From a virus (taxonomy: Duplodnaviria > Caudoviricetes), in the IMG/VR virus record IMGVR_UViG_3300029305_003192: a stretch of DNA of 64,000 nt, one strand, 5' to 3'. The notes beneath the pieces were generated by a model. That model was not told the origin of the DNA and did not search any database. It was given only the letters and a program-made list of their open reading frames with translations. Below, piece by piece: positions 1 to 9,970 of this stretch (position 1 is the stretch's first letter; each line of letters begins with the position of its first letter). The position numbers and the translations under genes were made by a program.

Positions 1-53
1 GGCAATGTTTCATCTGTATACTCCTTAATTCGGAGCACTGTAAATCTATTCAT
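1..53 (-). CDS. 5' end of a hypothetical protein running off the window (MNRFTVLRIKEYTDETL...)
   Basis: ATG at 53 with AAGGAG SD upstream; open to position 1. Confidence 0.5.
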   Translation of the reverse strand, partial: MNRFTVLRIKEYTDETL

Positions 54-124
54 ATCTTTCATCTCCTTACATAATCGATTAGGTTACCATATTTTCGGGG
101 AGTATCAGTATTAAATCAAAAAAA

Positions 125-151
125 AAACAGCGGATGTATTGTCCGCTGTTT
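125..151 (-). terminator. Intrinsic terminator
   Basis: AAAACAGCGGA/TCCGCTGTTTT inverted repeat with A-run on + (U-run on -), directly after the 157..498 stop. Confidence 0.75.
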
Positions 152-156
152 TAATG

Positions 157-498
157 TTAGTCCTTTTTCGCGAAGAAGCCCTTCGGCAACTTCTCGGAGA
201 TGAACTTTACCGCACCGTTGCGGATAATGCCACGGGCGGACTGCGGCATCGATTCAAGCTTTGACAGCTTCTTTTCGATGCCGAATTTCGATACCATGGA
301 TTCAACATCCATGGTATCTTCCGCAAATGAGCAGAGCTGCTCAATGCGGATTAAAAGGTACGGCGACTCTTTAGACAAGCCACCGAAGTTTGAGAGCGGT
401 ATTCCAACCGCTTTCGAAACCCTACCAAGATATTTCATCTCGGTAGGTCCGAACTCCACCTTGATGGTGGAGTTCTCATTTACGAAGGTAATATTCAT
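157..498 (-). CDS. Hypothetical early protein, 113 aa
   Basis: ORF with AAGGTGA SD, coupled by ATGA overlap to the upstream peptide, followed by a terminator. Confidence 0.75.
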   Translation of the reverse strand: MNITFVNENSTIKVEFGPTEMKYLGRVSKAVGIPLSNFGGLSKESPYLLIRIEQLCSFAEDTMDVESMVSKFGIEKKLSKLESMPQSARGIIRNGAVKFISEKLPKGFFAKKD

Positions 499-590
499 TC
501 GTCATCACCTTCACTTTCCGGAGACCCATATGGGTCTCCATAAGTCTCAATTTCTTCGGCATCGCCGAAGAAGTCTTTTCCGAATTCCAT
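495..590 (-). CDS. 31-aa acidic peptide MEFGKDFFGDAEEIETYGDPYGSPESEGDDE (not in ORF track)
   Basis: AAAGGAG SD, ATG at 590, TGA overlaps the next ATG; early promoter core upstream. Confidence 0.7.
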   Translation of the reverse strand: MEFGKDFFGDAEEIETYGDPYGSPESEGDDE

Positions 591-627
591 AATATACATC
601 TCCTTTCTGGAATCCATTTTACATTTA

Positions 628-640
628 AATGATATATATC
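628..640 (-). promoter_or_regulatory. Early-type promoter core TATATATCAT inside a 14-bp inverted repeat (598-611/639-652)
   Basis: Matches the motif repeated before other accessory genes. Confidence 0.6.
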
Positions 641-655
641 CAGAAAGGAGATAAA

Positions 656-1900
656 TCACGTATACCTGGATTGAGTTACAATATCAATGGATTTAGCAGC
701 TCGTGATATTGCTGTGTATCGTAACGCCCTTACCATGGCTCTATCACCAAACGGTTCATCGATAAATAATACTCTGTCATATTGAGACCCCTGCGATAGG
801 TGGGATGTAATTATGTTACCATACTCGAATTTGATATTCTTTCGCATACCGACATTGATTCGCTCTTCATGTGTCATGAGAAGATACTCTAAATCTATCT
901 CAAGATTAGGATACGTGATACTAGGGTCGTAATCAGGAACGAAATCTATTTTGACTTTCTTCTTGCTCATCGAGCCAGGAATGATATAGTCTACCCAGCC
1001 AATAGTGCCATTGGTCAGGAAGCGACCTCCATTACTTCGATCCTTTACATTCTGACGACAGATTATCTTATCCTGCTCAACTGGATATTCTGGACGTCTA
1101 CAGAGCTCTCTTCTGATAAAGTCATTGAACCTATCACGCGTGGCATTCCTACAGCAGATAATCATATCATAATCTTCCATAAGATTGGTGTCCATTACAA
1201 CCTTATCCATTACACGACTGGTACCTCTGGGTCCTTCATAAGTTCCATATCTCAAATTTTTGTAATTGAGTATATCTGTACAGAACTCAACTATCGGGTC
1301 ACCCTCAGCCTGTCGCATAATCTTGGTAAGGAAAAAGTCTGGACGAAGCATGTATGAACATGAGCCGAATATCGGTGGTAACTGATTAATATCTCCAATA
1401 CCAACAACCGGAAGACCGAATGATAGAATATCTTCCATGATATTGTCAGGAACCATTGATAACTCATCTATGATAATTAACTTGGCATTGGAGGGCAATT
1501 CTTCTTTAGGAACGAAATCCATTCTGAATTCGGGTCGCCCCTTCTTCATAACAGGTTCACCAAACTCATCAAGTACCTTCTCCCATACTGGATGATAGAA
1601 TGTACTATGAATAGTCTGTGCATGTAACCCTTGGTCACACATAACGTTTACAGCCTTGCCTGAATAAGCAGCTGCCAATACTTCATCGATACCAATATTA
1701 CAGTAACGAAGGAATTCTTTAATAACTGTGGTTTTACCAGTACCGGGACCACCTGAGTATACGTATATTTGCTTATATTTTGTGGTCCACCAATGATGTA
1801 ATCTAGACAGTAATTCATACTGGTCTTCATTAGGAATAAACGTACTAATATCTATACACCTCAATTCGAAATAGGTTGAACCCTCTATTAATACTGCCAT
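656..1900 (-). CDS. RecD/Dda-like SF1B helicase
   Basis: Walker A GGPGTGKT, IIIDELSM, GDINQLPP, IMRQ, SHLSQGSQYD, YTAISRA; true start may be ~1849. Confidence 0.9.
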   Translation of the reverse strand: MAVLIEGSTYFELRCIDISTFIPNEDQYELLSRLHHWWTTKYKQIYVYSGGPGTGKTTVIKEFLRYCNIGIDEVLAAAYSGKAVNVMCDQGLHAQTIHSTFYHPVWEKVLDEFGEPVMKKGRPEFRMDFVPKEELPSNAKLIIIDELSMVPDNIMEDILSFGLPVVGIGDINQLPPIFGSCSYMLRPDFFLTKIMRQAEGDPIVEFCTDILNYKNLRYGTYEGPRGTSRVMDKVVMDTNLMEDYDMIICCRNATRDRFNDFIRRELCRRPEYPVEQDKIICRQNVKDRSNGGRFLTNGTIGWVDYIIPGSMSKKKVKIDFVPDYDPSITYPNLEIDLEYLLMTHEERINVGMRKNIKFEYGNIITSHLSQGSQYDRVLFIDEPFGDRAMVRALRYTAISRAAKSIDIVTQSRYT

Positions 1901-1914
1901 TGGGAGGTATTAAT

Positions 1915-2376
1915 ATGGATTACTATAAGCAGGGAGATTATAGGTATAATAACCAGACCCCCTGGAAATTAGATGGGTATGAAATCGCATTTGCTCTTGC
2001 AGATAACTGTGTAAGAACTCCTGCAAATCGAGACCCTCAAAAGTGTTGGATACCAACCATTATGGGTCCAACACAATTACCGAAACCTAAGATAACACAA
2101 ACGATTTTAGGCAGCGGCCCATTTATTAATGATACTGCATGTCGCCCTAAGCCATCTGGGACTATACAGTTTGCTAACTACATTGAAGTAGAACTCGGCG
2201 ACAATGAATATTATGCACATCGATGGTTTGACCATGGTGCTGAATTATGGCTCAAGCCAATCAATGATGATATCCTTGAATTATATCTGGATACTGAAGT
2301 AGACCCGAGTTATTGTCTCAGTTGTCTTACAGAGCATCCTACATGTAATACGGTTCATGGATGTCACACTAAATGA
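1915..2376 (+). CDS. Putative baseplate/spike-associated virion protein with Cys/His-rich C-terminus
   Basis: GGAGG SD before ATG 1915; late promoter AACC-N6-TAA at 1879-1891; next to the gp53-like gene; function inferred from context. Confidence 0.45.
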   Translation: MDYYKQGDYRYNNQTPWKLDGYEIAFALADNCVRTPANRDPQKCWIPTIMGPTQLPKPKITQTILGSGPFINDTACRPKPSGTIQFANYIEVELGDNEYYAHRWFDHGAELWLKPINDDILELYLDTEVDPSYCLSCLTEHPTCNTVHGCHTK

Positions 2377-2391
2377 TAAGGAGAGTTTGAT

Positions 2392-2859
2392 ATGGCAATT
2401 CAACCTTCAACCAAAATCTCCGGATATCTTAACAAATACATGATGCAGGACACCAAGCTCACTGATTATTTCTACACTGAGTACTTGAATGACAACGATA
2501 CTAATCAGTTTTATAATATGGACAATGTCACACAAGACCATGCTGGGTATCTTAAGCCACTCGTAAAGACTATGACATTCACGTCCGAAGAGTACCGCAA
2601 ATATCGATATAATCCATGGAGATTATCCGATGACTTATATGGTACAACAGAGCTCTGGTTCATGCTTCTTCATATCAACGAGATGTTCTCGGTTAACGAG
2701 TTCAATCTCAGGACCATAAAGGTATATGATAAGGAAGAGTTGCTCAGTAGAATGGGCGAGATTGTAAATGTTAAGGCAACGTTCTTAACCGATAATGCTA
2801 ATGCGATTATCGCGAAGAAGAAAGAGATAGAAGAGGGCATAGATGGAATGTGGGATTAA
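2392..2859 (+). CDS. Baseplate wedge protein, T4 gp53-like (LysM-like)
   Basis: YRYNPWRLSDDLYGTTELWFMLLHIN fits the gp53-type P-x-x-(I/L)S-x-x-LYG...W...N pattern. Confidence 0.7.
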   Translation: MAIQPSTKISGYLNKYMMQDTKLTDYFYTEYLNDNDTNQFYNMDNVTQDHAGYLKPLVKTMTFTSEEYRKYRYNPWRLSDDLYGTTELWFMLLHINEMFSVNEFNLRTIKVYDKEELLSRMGEIVNVKATFLTDNANAIIAKKKEIEEGIDGMWD

Positions 2860-2880
2860 CCACATTCCATCTTTTTGCCG

Positions 2881-4539
2881 TCATCCAGCATTTTGCATCT
2901 TATTTCCGCAACCAATTGCGTCTAATATAGATGAAGTGCCTACCTTTCTTACAACAGTTGGTCTTTCCTGTACAGACTGTTCATGTTCGTCCATCGACAC
3001 GGATACGAGTTCAGATGCAAGCGACATGATAGATACGGATGCTTCCTTATCCACGTCGGTCATCAACTTAATCTCGCTTGCATTAGAGAATGGATGGTTG
3101 AAGTAGTCAGAGATTACTTCTCCCTGTCCAACGTATCGTTTCTTAGTAAACTTAAATGTCAAATATAATTGCTGGTCTTTAACCCGTCGCTCAAGGTTAA
3201 TCATTACAGCAATATCGGCTTCTTCGATAACAGCCCAAGCACTGCCGATATCTGAATTACCGATAAACTTAAGCAAGTCTGCCTTACCGTCTCTCATTGC
3301 AGAGTCGATGATAGCATTACCATTACGGTTAACCTGCTGAGCGGTAATAACTGGTATATTATAGTATATTGCGAGTGACTTGAGTTCCTTAGCAACATAA
3401 CCAACTCTAACTGTCTCATCACCATTGTGTGGATATACAGAGTCAATACGTTTGATATAGTCAACGATAACGCCAATTACATTCTGTCCATTAGCATGCA
3501 TCTCATCAATAATACGGTAGATACGACCGGTATTGATTTCCATATTGGAATAGTACTGAATCTCAAGGTCAATACCTCTCTCATTATCAGCCACAAGATA
3601 TTTACCCTTATCAAGAATAGTATTCTTGATAATCTCTGGGTCGGTTGATAAGAATGGCATATCTAAATCAGCATACATGTTATAGATACGCTCAATAGTT
3701 TCATTGATAGTATTCTCAGCAGTGATGAAGAGAATAGTGTTTCGTTTACCATCAACCAACTCTTCAAGATGCGGATTGAATTCTCTTATCTGGTCTGCAA
3801 GGTTAAGCAGTGTACCTGACTTAAACTTACCTGACATACCGAGGATAACATATAGTTTACCACCTCTAAAGCCTGGTCCAAGATTGGCATTAAGTTGTCT
3901 AATTCCTGTCTGAAGTATTGTCTGTGGTGCTTGCTCAACTCTGGCGATATTCATAATCTTCTCACCAATATCTGGGTCAGAGAAATTAATCTTACGTACG
4001 AGCTGAGCGCCAGTTGAACTGTTCTCCATAGTCACAGCAAGTCTCGATATCTTCTTATCAAGTGCCATGAGTGTTGACTCTGCAGTATCAAATCCACTTT
4101 TCGTACAAGCTTCCCAGAGATTAATAATCTCTGGCATCTCCACGTAGTAGTAATAATACTGCATCTTCTTGTCAATATATTTTGTCACCGAGCGAGCTTC
4201 TTGACCAATAATCGTATCATTCTTCCATTCCATAGAGTCACATAACTCTTTCATGGTTGGGTCGATCTCAAGAATTCGCTCCTTTATGATTGCGGGCATA
4301 TTAACACCCTCGTCAAGTCTGATACCACATATCATATTACATAGTACCATTCGATTGTATATTTCGTAATTATATCGATATGACTCGATATCCAGTACCC
4401 CCAATAACTTTCGGAAGTTTGCTAAGTTTCCGAGTGATGGAGAGTACGATAATGTATAATCAACCAAGATTTTCATCATATCTTCTGAGATATTCAGCTT
4501 CATCTTGGATGAGTCCGATACCCTCTTTTTGATAGCCAT
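2881..4539 (-). CDS. DnaB-like replicative helicase
   Basis: GFRGGKLYVILGMSGKFKS (Walker A), FITAEN, IVDYI, ELKSLA...PVITAQQVNR. Confidence 0.88.
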   Translation of the reverse strand: MAIKKRVSDSSKMKLNISEDMMKILVDYTLSYSPSLGNLANFRKLLGVLDIESYRYNYEIYNRMVLCNMICGIRLDEGVNMPAIIKERILEIDPTMKELCDSMEWKNDTIIGQEARSVTKYIDKKMQYYYYYVEMPEIINLWEACTKSGFDTAESTLMALDKKISRLAVTMENSSTGAQLVRKINFSDPDIGEKIMNIARVEQAPQTILQTGIRQLNANLGPGFRGGKLYVILGMSGKFKSGTLLNLADQIREFNPHLEELVDGKRNTILFITAENTINETIERIYNMYADLDMPFLSTDPEIIKNTILDKGKYLVADNERGIDLEIQYYSNMEINTGRIYRIIDEMHANGQNVIGVIVDYIKRIDSVYPHNGDETVRVGYVAKELKSLAIYYNIPVITAQQVNRNGNAIIDSAMRDGKADLLKFIGNSDIGSAWAVIEEADIAVMINLERRVKDQQLYLTFKFTKKRYVGQGEVISDYFNHPFSNASEIKLMTDVDKEASVSIMSLASELVSVSMDEHEQSVQERPTVVRKVGTSSILDAIGCGNKMQNAG

Positions 4540-4562
4540 AAGTTTTAAATTCCTCCGTCGGT

Positions 4563-5171
4563 TTATTTGCGTGTGTAGTTCGGTAATGAGTCTCTGAGCG
4601 ATGGATACATCTCATCGATAATATCCATCATTTCTTCTGTAAGCGAATCGTAGTACAGAGCTGTGTTAGGGGACTTGCTAAGTGCTAGGCACTTAAGTTC
4701 GTTCGACGGATCCTTTACATACTTAATTCTTGATGGGTCCTCTTCAATCTGTGCACGGATGAAATCGTTCTCAACAAGTGCAAGATTGTTTGCTAAGAGT
4801 AACTCAGGGTCGGACTCAAATATCTGCTCCTTTACGTCAGCAGATATATATTTCTTTGGGATATAAGGTAATGCCCCTCTGGCATTACTATCCACTGCAA
4901 TGATATAGAACTCCGGTGGGAGTGTCTTTCTCATTTTCTTCTTAATATAACGGATATTCTCTCCGTCAAGTCTTAATGCCGCCTTGATTACTTTCAAGGA
5001 CGGCTTCGGTATATACTGGAAGATAGACGGTTCCTCTTCCATACAAGCAATATATACATCATCAGTTCTCCATCTCTTCTTAAGGATTGGAATACAATCT
5101 GGATGTGATGTTATATACTGTATAGCTAATGCGAATTGCATGTTGTTTTTTGATTCCTTCATTTCAAACAC
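4563..5171 (-). CDS. Helical-repeat protein (DUF4116-like)
   Basis: Recurrent (A/I)-x3-(D/N)P-x-x-(I/L)-x-Y-(I/V) units. Confidence 0.5.
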   Translation of the reverse strand: MFEMKESKNNMQFALAIQYITSHPDCIPILKKRWRTDDVYIACMEEEPSIFQYIPKPSLKVIKAALRLDGENIRYIKKKMRKTLPPEFYIIAVDSNARGALPYIPKKYISADVKEQIFESDPELLLANNLALVENDFIRAQIEEDPSRIKYVKDPSNELKCLALSKSPNTALYYDSLTEEMMDIIDEMYPSLRDSLPNYTRK

Positions 5172-5173
5172 CC

Positions 5174-6322
5174 CTAGATATATTTAGTCAATAATGTCTT
5201 AATCTGGTCAATGTCAAGCAGCTCGTTCTCAGTATCCCTGATATAGAGCTGATATTTTTCATATATGGGTATATTATTGTCGAAGAGATATGAGAATTTT
5301 GAATGAAACTCAGCATTCTGCTGTCTCTTCTTTTCCTTCCGCTGCTTACCCAACTTATTATTGATTACCACCTTAACCGAACGGTTATTATTAAACCTAT
5401 AGCTGATACTATCGATACACGACTTATTGATTTCCTTCTCATCTGTAATATATACATGGAATCTGATATGTGCATTAGGGTCCTTCTTAAGTAACCTATC
5501 GGCATCGTTACAGATATTAGTATAATCATGCATCGACCTGAATAGTGTCGTATCTATTACGAATGTGGTATATGTATCAGTATACGGATTTTCGATGCGT
5601 GTCATCTCATATGTCTGCGTGTCAGTATCATAATCGATAAGAACCATACCCTTTGGATTATCTTCCTCGAACTTATACCTGTTAGGTGAACGGGTATAAA
5701 TCAGATTACCATACTCGCTAGCATCATGCCAGTGTCCACCAACCATTACGGTACATTGCTGGTTAAAGAAGCTATACTCAAATACGACATTGGGATTATC
5801 ATTATCCCTCAGTATATCTCCAAGTATAACGTCGAATGAACCGTGGAAGAACATCATATCGATCGGGTACTTCTTCTTAGTATAGTCCGTGAAAAGTACC
5901 GACTTATATGTATCGAGATATTCATCACTATGTAACGTCTCATCTGGACAGTATATACAGTGTAAATCCGGCAATACTTCCTCATATGATGTATTGTGAA
6001 ATATCCTAAACGTATCGTCAGTCTCGATATGTCCCAATGCTTCTAACTGGTCATTGTCATGGGACTTAGTTCCCGTAAACATTCGAATCTTAAAGTTTCC
6101 TTTCTCGGAGTATTCTTTTAACTTATCAAGCATGTCAAGGGCATACATACATGACCTATTATTCAAGAGCAATCTATGGTCAAAGTAATCCCCACAGATT
6201 ACCAATAAGTCTATCTTATTATCATCTAGATATTCATAGATGAACTTTAATTCGTCCCGCTGCTTATCAGGGTCCATTGCTCCCCAATGTACATCTGCAA
6301 GACAAAGAACTTTATACTTCAT
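5174..6322 (-). CDS. SbcD/Mre11-like metallophosphoesterase nuclease
   Basis: ADVHWG, GDYFDH, GTKSHD, FHGS, GHWH motifs; GGAAGGAG SD before ATG 6322. Confidence 0.88.
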   Translation of the reverse strand: MKYKVLCLADVHWGAMDPDKQRDELKFIYEYLDDNKIDLLVICGDYFDHRLLLNNRSCMYALDMLDKLKEYSEKGNFKIRMFTGTKSHDNDQLEALGHIETDDTFRIFHNTSYEEVLPDLHCIYCPDETLHSDEYLDTYKSVLFTDYTKKKYPIDMMFFHGSFDVILGDILRDNDNPNVVFEYSFFNQQCTVMVGGHWHDASEYGNLIYTRSPNRYKFEEDNPKGMVLIDYDTDTQTYEMTRIENPYTDTYTTFVIDTTLFRSMHDYTNICNDADRLLKKDPNAHIRFHVYITDEKEINKSCIDSISYRFNNNRSVKVVINNKLGKQRKEKKRQQNAEFHSKFSYLFDNNIPIYEKYQLYIRDTENELLDIDQIKTLLTKYI

Positions 6323-6380
6323 ACAAATTCTCCTTCCTGTGAAATCCAAGTGAATTATATATGTGTGATGAAAAAGTAAC

Positions 6381-6445
6381 AAAAAAAATCACAGCCGCCA
6401 AGCAGTTCTAAACCGCCAGGTATGTCTACCTGGCGGCTGTGATTT
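6381..6445 (-). repeat. Conserved 3' cassette hairpin/terminator element, copy 1
   Basis: A-run + ATCACAGCCGCC...AACCGCCAGGTA...TACCTGGCGGCTGTGAT; related copies at 37546 and 43617. Confidence 0.8.
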
Positions 6446-6453
6446 AGATTCTC

Positions 6454-6777
6454 TTACTCTTCCGAGCAAGCGAATTCGAGGTCGTCCATATTGACGACCG
6501 GTGCGGACTTAATGGCTTCTTTGAGCCATTCCTTATCCACATTATTTTGAGGATGCAACTTGTTCCGCATCCTCTTGAAGAAGCATATCATACTAATAAT
6601 GATACGCTTGTATGCCATCATAACCTTTTTAATGAAGGTTATGATCTGATCCTTATACAGGACCACCATAGTCACTGTGCCACCTACGATGTAACACACG
6701 CAATATATGCAATAAAACATACATGCGATTTTTGCAACCTTTGAAACTTTTTCGTTAGTGATTTCAAACTTTCTCAT
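6454..6777 (-). CDS. Hypothetical membrane-anchored early protein (cassette A)
   Basis: AGGAGG SD before ATG 6777; hydrophobic N-terminal segment. Confidence 0.7.
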   Translation of the reverse strand: MRKFEITNEKVSKVAKIACMFYCIYCVCYIVGGTVTMVVLYKDQIITFIKKVMMAYKRIIISMICFFKRMRNKLHPQNNVDKEWLKEAIKSAPVVNMDDLEFACSEE

Positions 6778-6859
6778 AATCTTTACCTCCTGATTATGAA
6801 GGGCTATTTTATACATCGCTAAGTGCCCTATAACCTAGCGATATTTCCTTTATTACTAC

Positions 6860-6897
6860 TAATATGATATATATGCAGTATATGAGGAAAATACGGT
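6860..6897 (-). promoter_or_regulatory. Bipartite early promoter ACCGT-N19-TATATATCATATTA
   Basis: Four copies with identical 38-bp geometry. Confidence 0.75.
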
Positions 6898-6902
6898 GGC
6901 GG

Positions 6903-6940
6903 CATATACCCCGATACCTTAATTGGTATCGGGGTATATG
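6903..6940. terminator. Long hairpin, probable terminator of the upstream minus-strand unit
   Basis: CATATACCCCGATACC/GGTATCGGGGTATATG. Confidence 0.65.
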
Positions 6941-6974
6941 TCATTTGTTGGAGGTTTATCAGTTATTGTTGCTG

Positions 6975-7454
6975 TTACTGCTGTGGATTTTCGTTGTTAT
7001 TCTTGATGTATTCCTGAAGAGCTGAAGAGCCTTTCTTCTGTGCAGACACAGAGTTTTCAATCAGTGTCTTAACAGTCTCAGTAGCATCACCAACGAAATC
7101 GCCGAGTTCACTCCAGATCGTATTCGGGAGTTCTTCCATAATAAGTTCAACGGCCTTGTCACGGAGCATTGTAGCATCATCTTTATCAAGCTTACCGTCT
7201 TCAACAGCATTGAGAAGGTCCTTCTTATATGTGTCATTAAGAGCAGATACAACACTGTCGACAACGTTGAGAACTCTCTTCATGAGCATGTTTGCCCATT
7301 CATGACCTACATAAGCTTCACTCTGCTGCATATCGGATTCAATCTGATTTCTCTTAGTTGCCCAGAATGACGCAAGCTTGCTGATGAGATAAGCACCTGC
7401 AATTGCAAGGATAATAAGGCCACCATTGATAATTACTTCTGTAAAGTTTTCCAT
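6975..7454 (-). CDS. Putative holin (LL-H-like: one N-terminal TM plus helical domain)
   Basis: Single N-terminal TM helix; tail ending in 'LIENSV..QK' resembles LL-H-type holins. Confidence 0.5.
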   Translation of the reverse strand: MENFTEVIINGGLIILAIAGAYLISKLASFWATKRNQIESDMQQSEAYVGHEWANMLMKRVLNVVDSVVSALNDTYKKDLLNAVEDGKLDKDDATMLRDKAVELIMEELPNTIWSELGDFVGDATETVKTLIENSVSAQKKGSSALQEYIKNNNENPQQ

Positions 7455-7513
7455 GGTTATTACCACCTTTCATAAATTATAGATTTATATGTATTATTCA
7501 TACATCCAGTTTA

Positions 7514-7855
7514 TTACTCTATTGGAGTAATGTCTTTGATTTCACTACTGATACTGATGAATACTAGTCCGTTGTACCGGACATCGTAATGTATCTGAAC
7601 CATCTTGCCGACGTTTGCGAGTACAAACTTTTCCCACTTTCCGCTATCATCGGCTAATGAATACTTCTCTCTCTGGAGATTGTCTGCTTCACCAACGATG
7701 ATATGGTGATGATATGATATAAGTCTGAGGGTTATATAGTATGTGTACGTGTCCATATCACTCGCTACGTTTTGAAGTATTTTCTTAACTAAATTAATAG
7801 TAAGAATCCACATAAGACATATGAGAGCGATATAGAGGTATATCTCCGTACTCAC
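7514..7855 (-). CDS. Hypothetical membrane protein
   Basis: GGAGG SD before GTG 7855; late promoter AACA-N6-TAA at 7882-7894 (-); N-terminal TM. Confidence 0.6.
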   Translation of the reverse strand: MSTEIYLYIALICLMWILTINLVKKILQNVASDMDTYTYYITLRLISYHHHIIVGEADNLQREKYSLADDSGKWEKFVLANVGKMVQIHYDVRYNGLVFISISSEIKDITPIE

Positions 7856-7947
7856 AGGTATCGCCTCCAATCGCAGTATTCTTATGGAATTGTTTTTGAT
7901 AAAGGTATATATCCTCCCTAAGATAATTATAAGAAAGGATTGATTAC

Positions 7948-8601
7948 ATGCATATTTATGACGGTCCAGATGGTAAACAATACCCATCGGTAACCACAAT
8001 AATCCATGAGATAATGATACATCCAGAACCCTTACTTGCTTGGAGTAACTCACTCGGATTTAAAAGGAAAACATATCAGGGAGCCCTTGACGAATCATCT
8101 GCTAAGGGAACTGCAGTTCATGATTTTATGTATAGCTACATGAAGGACATTAAAGAAGTCAAGACACAAGTACCTATGAAGTTCGCTAGAGAGATATTTT
8201 ACATTGTGGATGAAGCTAAGAAGTTCTTTATCCAGCATAAGATGGGCCCTAAGACTACTACGGATGCTGAGTTAACTTTGATTGATACCGAACTTGGGTA
8301 TGCCGGTACATTAGACTGGGTAGGCGTTAAGGACGGCGTTCTTACACTGGTAGACTACAAGACATCCAAGAAAGCCAGAGAAACTATGTACATTCAATTG
8401 GCGGCATATGATAAACTCCTACAGACTCAGAAGGGCATAAAGGTCGATGAAGCGTGTATACTATTATTACATGATGATGGTGTAAAGGAGTTCATACTAT
8501 GTAGAGAGGCGATTGACCATTATTATGAGATATTCGACCTGCTTCTCCAGATATTCTATAAGATGGAATGTATGGAGTTATTATTACATCATGAGAAATA
8601 G
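7948..8601 (+). CDS. PD-(D/E)XK (Cas4/RecB-like) exonuclease
   Basis: YPSVTTII, GTAVH, YAGTLD, LVDYKTS, QLAAY. Confidence 0.85.
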   Translation: MHIYDGPDGKQYPSVTTIIHEIMIHPEPLLAWSNSLGFKRKTYQGALDESSAKGTAVHDFMYSYMKDIKEVKTQVPMKFAREIFYIVDEAKKFFIQHKMGPKTTTDAELTLIDTELGYAGTLDWVGVKDGVLTLVDYKTSKKARETMYIQLAAYDKLLQTQKGIKVDEACILLLHDDGVKEFILCREAIDHYYEIFDLLLQIFYKMECMELLLHHEK

Positions 8602-8669
8602 CCGTCCAGGCTATTTCTTTTTGTCAACAAACCCTTAATTCTACAACGCTTTATGAAAGGTGGTATAAT

Positions 8670-9668
8670 ATGAAACTTATCCAAGAATCTGATATCTATG
8701 GTTTTATACAGGGCGGTCATACAGATACTATGAACAAGCAGATTGCTGACCTTATCAGCAAGGGTATGAAGATTTGTACAAAAGAAATCGATTACAATAT
8801 CCGCACTGTAGAGAAGGCATTTAAGGACCCTCTCACAGTAGAAGCAATCAATGCTGTAATGGCCGGTACAATTGTACCATTTGTAGCTCTTAATCCTACA
8901 AATGCAATGCCTATGTATATGCCATTCATCAAGTATACAACTTCTAATGGTGATACTAAGGTTGCCATCGACCTTACACAGATGGCTCATATCAAACATG
9001 ACCTTGTTAACGATACTTGGGATATCGACATCAATAATTCCAAGCTCTACGTAATGCTCGTATCAGCTTATGTTTATCTCAACTTCTCTAACAAGACTTC
9101 CGTACTTACACCTACTCTCATGAACCTCACAGGTGATATCTGGGCTAAGCTGGTTCTTAGAATTTTTGATAATAAGTTCGGCCTCGGCACTAACCGCGAA
9201 CGTAAGGAAGCATTCACATACTTCGCTAAGAAGTTCTATCTCAAGAATATCCTCGAAGCGGTAGATGGTGTCATCGAGAATAACGTACTCAATATCTTCC
9301 CTAATAAGAAGAAGAGCCCTATGGTAAATGAGATTGAAGCCGCTATCGCTGATAGAGGTATCAATCTTTATGAGTCATTCCAGACATTCATCACAACTAT
9401 GCTCAATTACGAGATTACCGGTCTCAATGTAAACCGACTCAATCTCCCTAAGGAGAAGATGGGTCTTAGCTTCTTCATGAAGGAATTTGTAACACTTTAT
9501 GGTGCTCCTGCCGGATTCTCTCTTGCGGCATTCCCATACTTTATGTGGATGCTCATATCTGCAAATAACAGAGGTTGGATATTCAACGGTGAGAAGAATA
9601 TCGAAGCTATGTCCAAGAACGAGTTCCCTAAGATTATGACTGAATTCTACAGAATGATCCGTCTCTAA
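8670..9668 (+). CDS. Hypothetical late (probably virion) protein, 332 aa
   Basis: Long ORF with SD; late promoter AACA-N6-TAA at 8626-8638. Confidence 0.7.
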   Translation: MKLIQESDIYGFIQGGHTDTMNKQIADLISKGMKICTKEIDYNIRTVEKAFKDPLTVEAINAVMAGTIVPFVALNPTNAMPMYMPFIKYTTSNGDTKVAIDLTQMAHIKHDLVNDTWDIDINNSKLYVMLVSAYVYLNFSNKTSVLTPTLMNLTGDIWAKLVLRIFDNKFGLGTNRERKEAFTYFAKKFYLKNILEAVDGVIENNVLNIFPNKKKSPMVNEIEAAIADRGINLYESFQTFITTMLNYEITGLNVNRLNLPKEKMGLSFFMKEFVTLYGAPAGFSLAAFPYFMWMLISANNRGWIFNGEKNIEAMSKNEFPKIMTEFYRMIRL

Positions 9669-9670
9669 CA

Positions 9671-9707
9671 AAAAAAATTCCGCAAGGCACTAAGCCTTGC
9701 GGAATTT
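9671..9707. terminator. Bidirectional terminator between convergent genes
   Basis: AAATTCCGCAAGGC/GCCTTGCGGAATTT with A-run. Confidence 0.75.
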
Positions 9708-9718
9708 ATCTTTCCAAA

Positions 9719-9970
9719 TTAGCCCATCAGGGCCATTAGAAAGATAAATATATACCCGAGCAGTCCGAGAAATACCAGCCCGGTTATGTATGTGGCCTTG
9801 CAGACCACATTAAATATTTTCGCCTGGCGCATAGCGCGCTTTGGCGATTCGCCGCGAGATAATGCCGCGGCGAAATAATCCGCAACCGGCTGGTTGCGGT
9901 TATAGAATGTTTCATCGACGTAGTCGAGAAACTTTCCGATAAATGTAAATAAACTGACTATTTTTTTCAT
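9719..9970 (-). CDS. Small early protein with C-terminal TM (cassette D)
   Basis: AAAGGA SD; bipartite early promoter upstream. Confidence 0.7.
   Translation of the reverse strand: MKKIVSLFTFIGKFLDYVDETFYNRNQPVADYFAAALSRGESPKRAMRQAKIFNVVCKATYITGLVFLGLLGYIFIFLMALMG

Noticed and set aside
7948-8601. Cas4 as part of a CRISPR-Cas locus
   Set aside because: No Fe-S Cys motif, no other cas genes and no array; a typical stand-alone phage exonuclease
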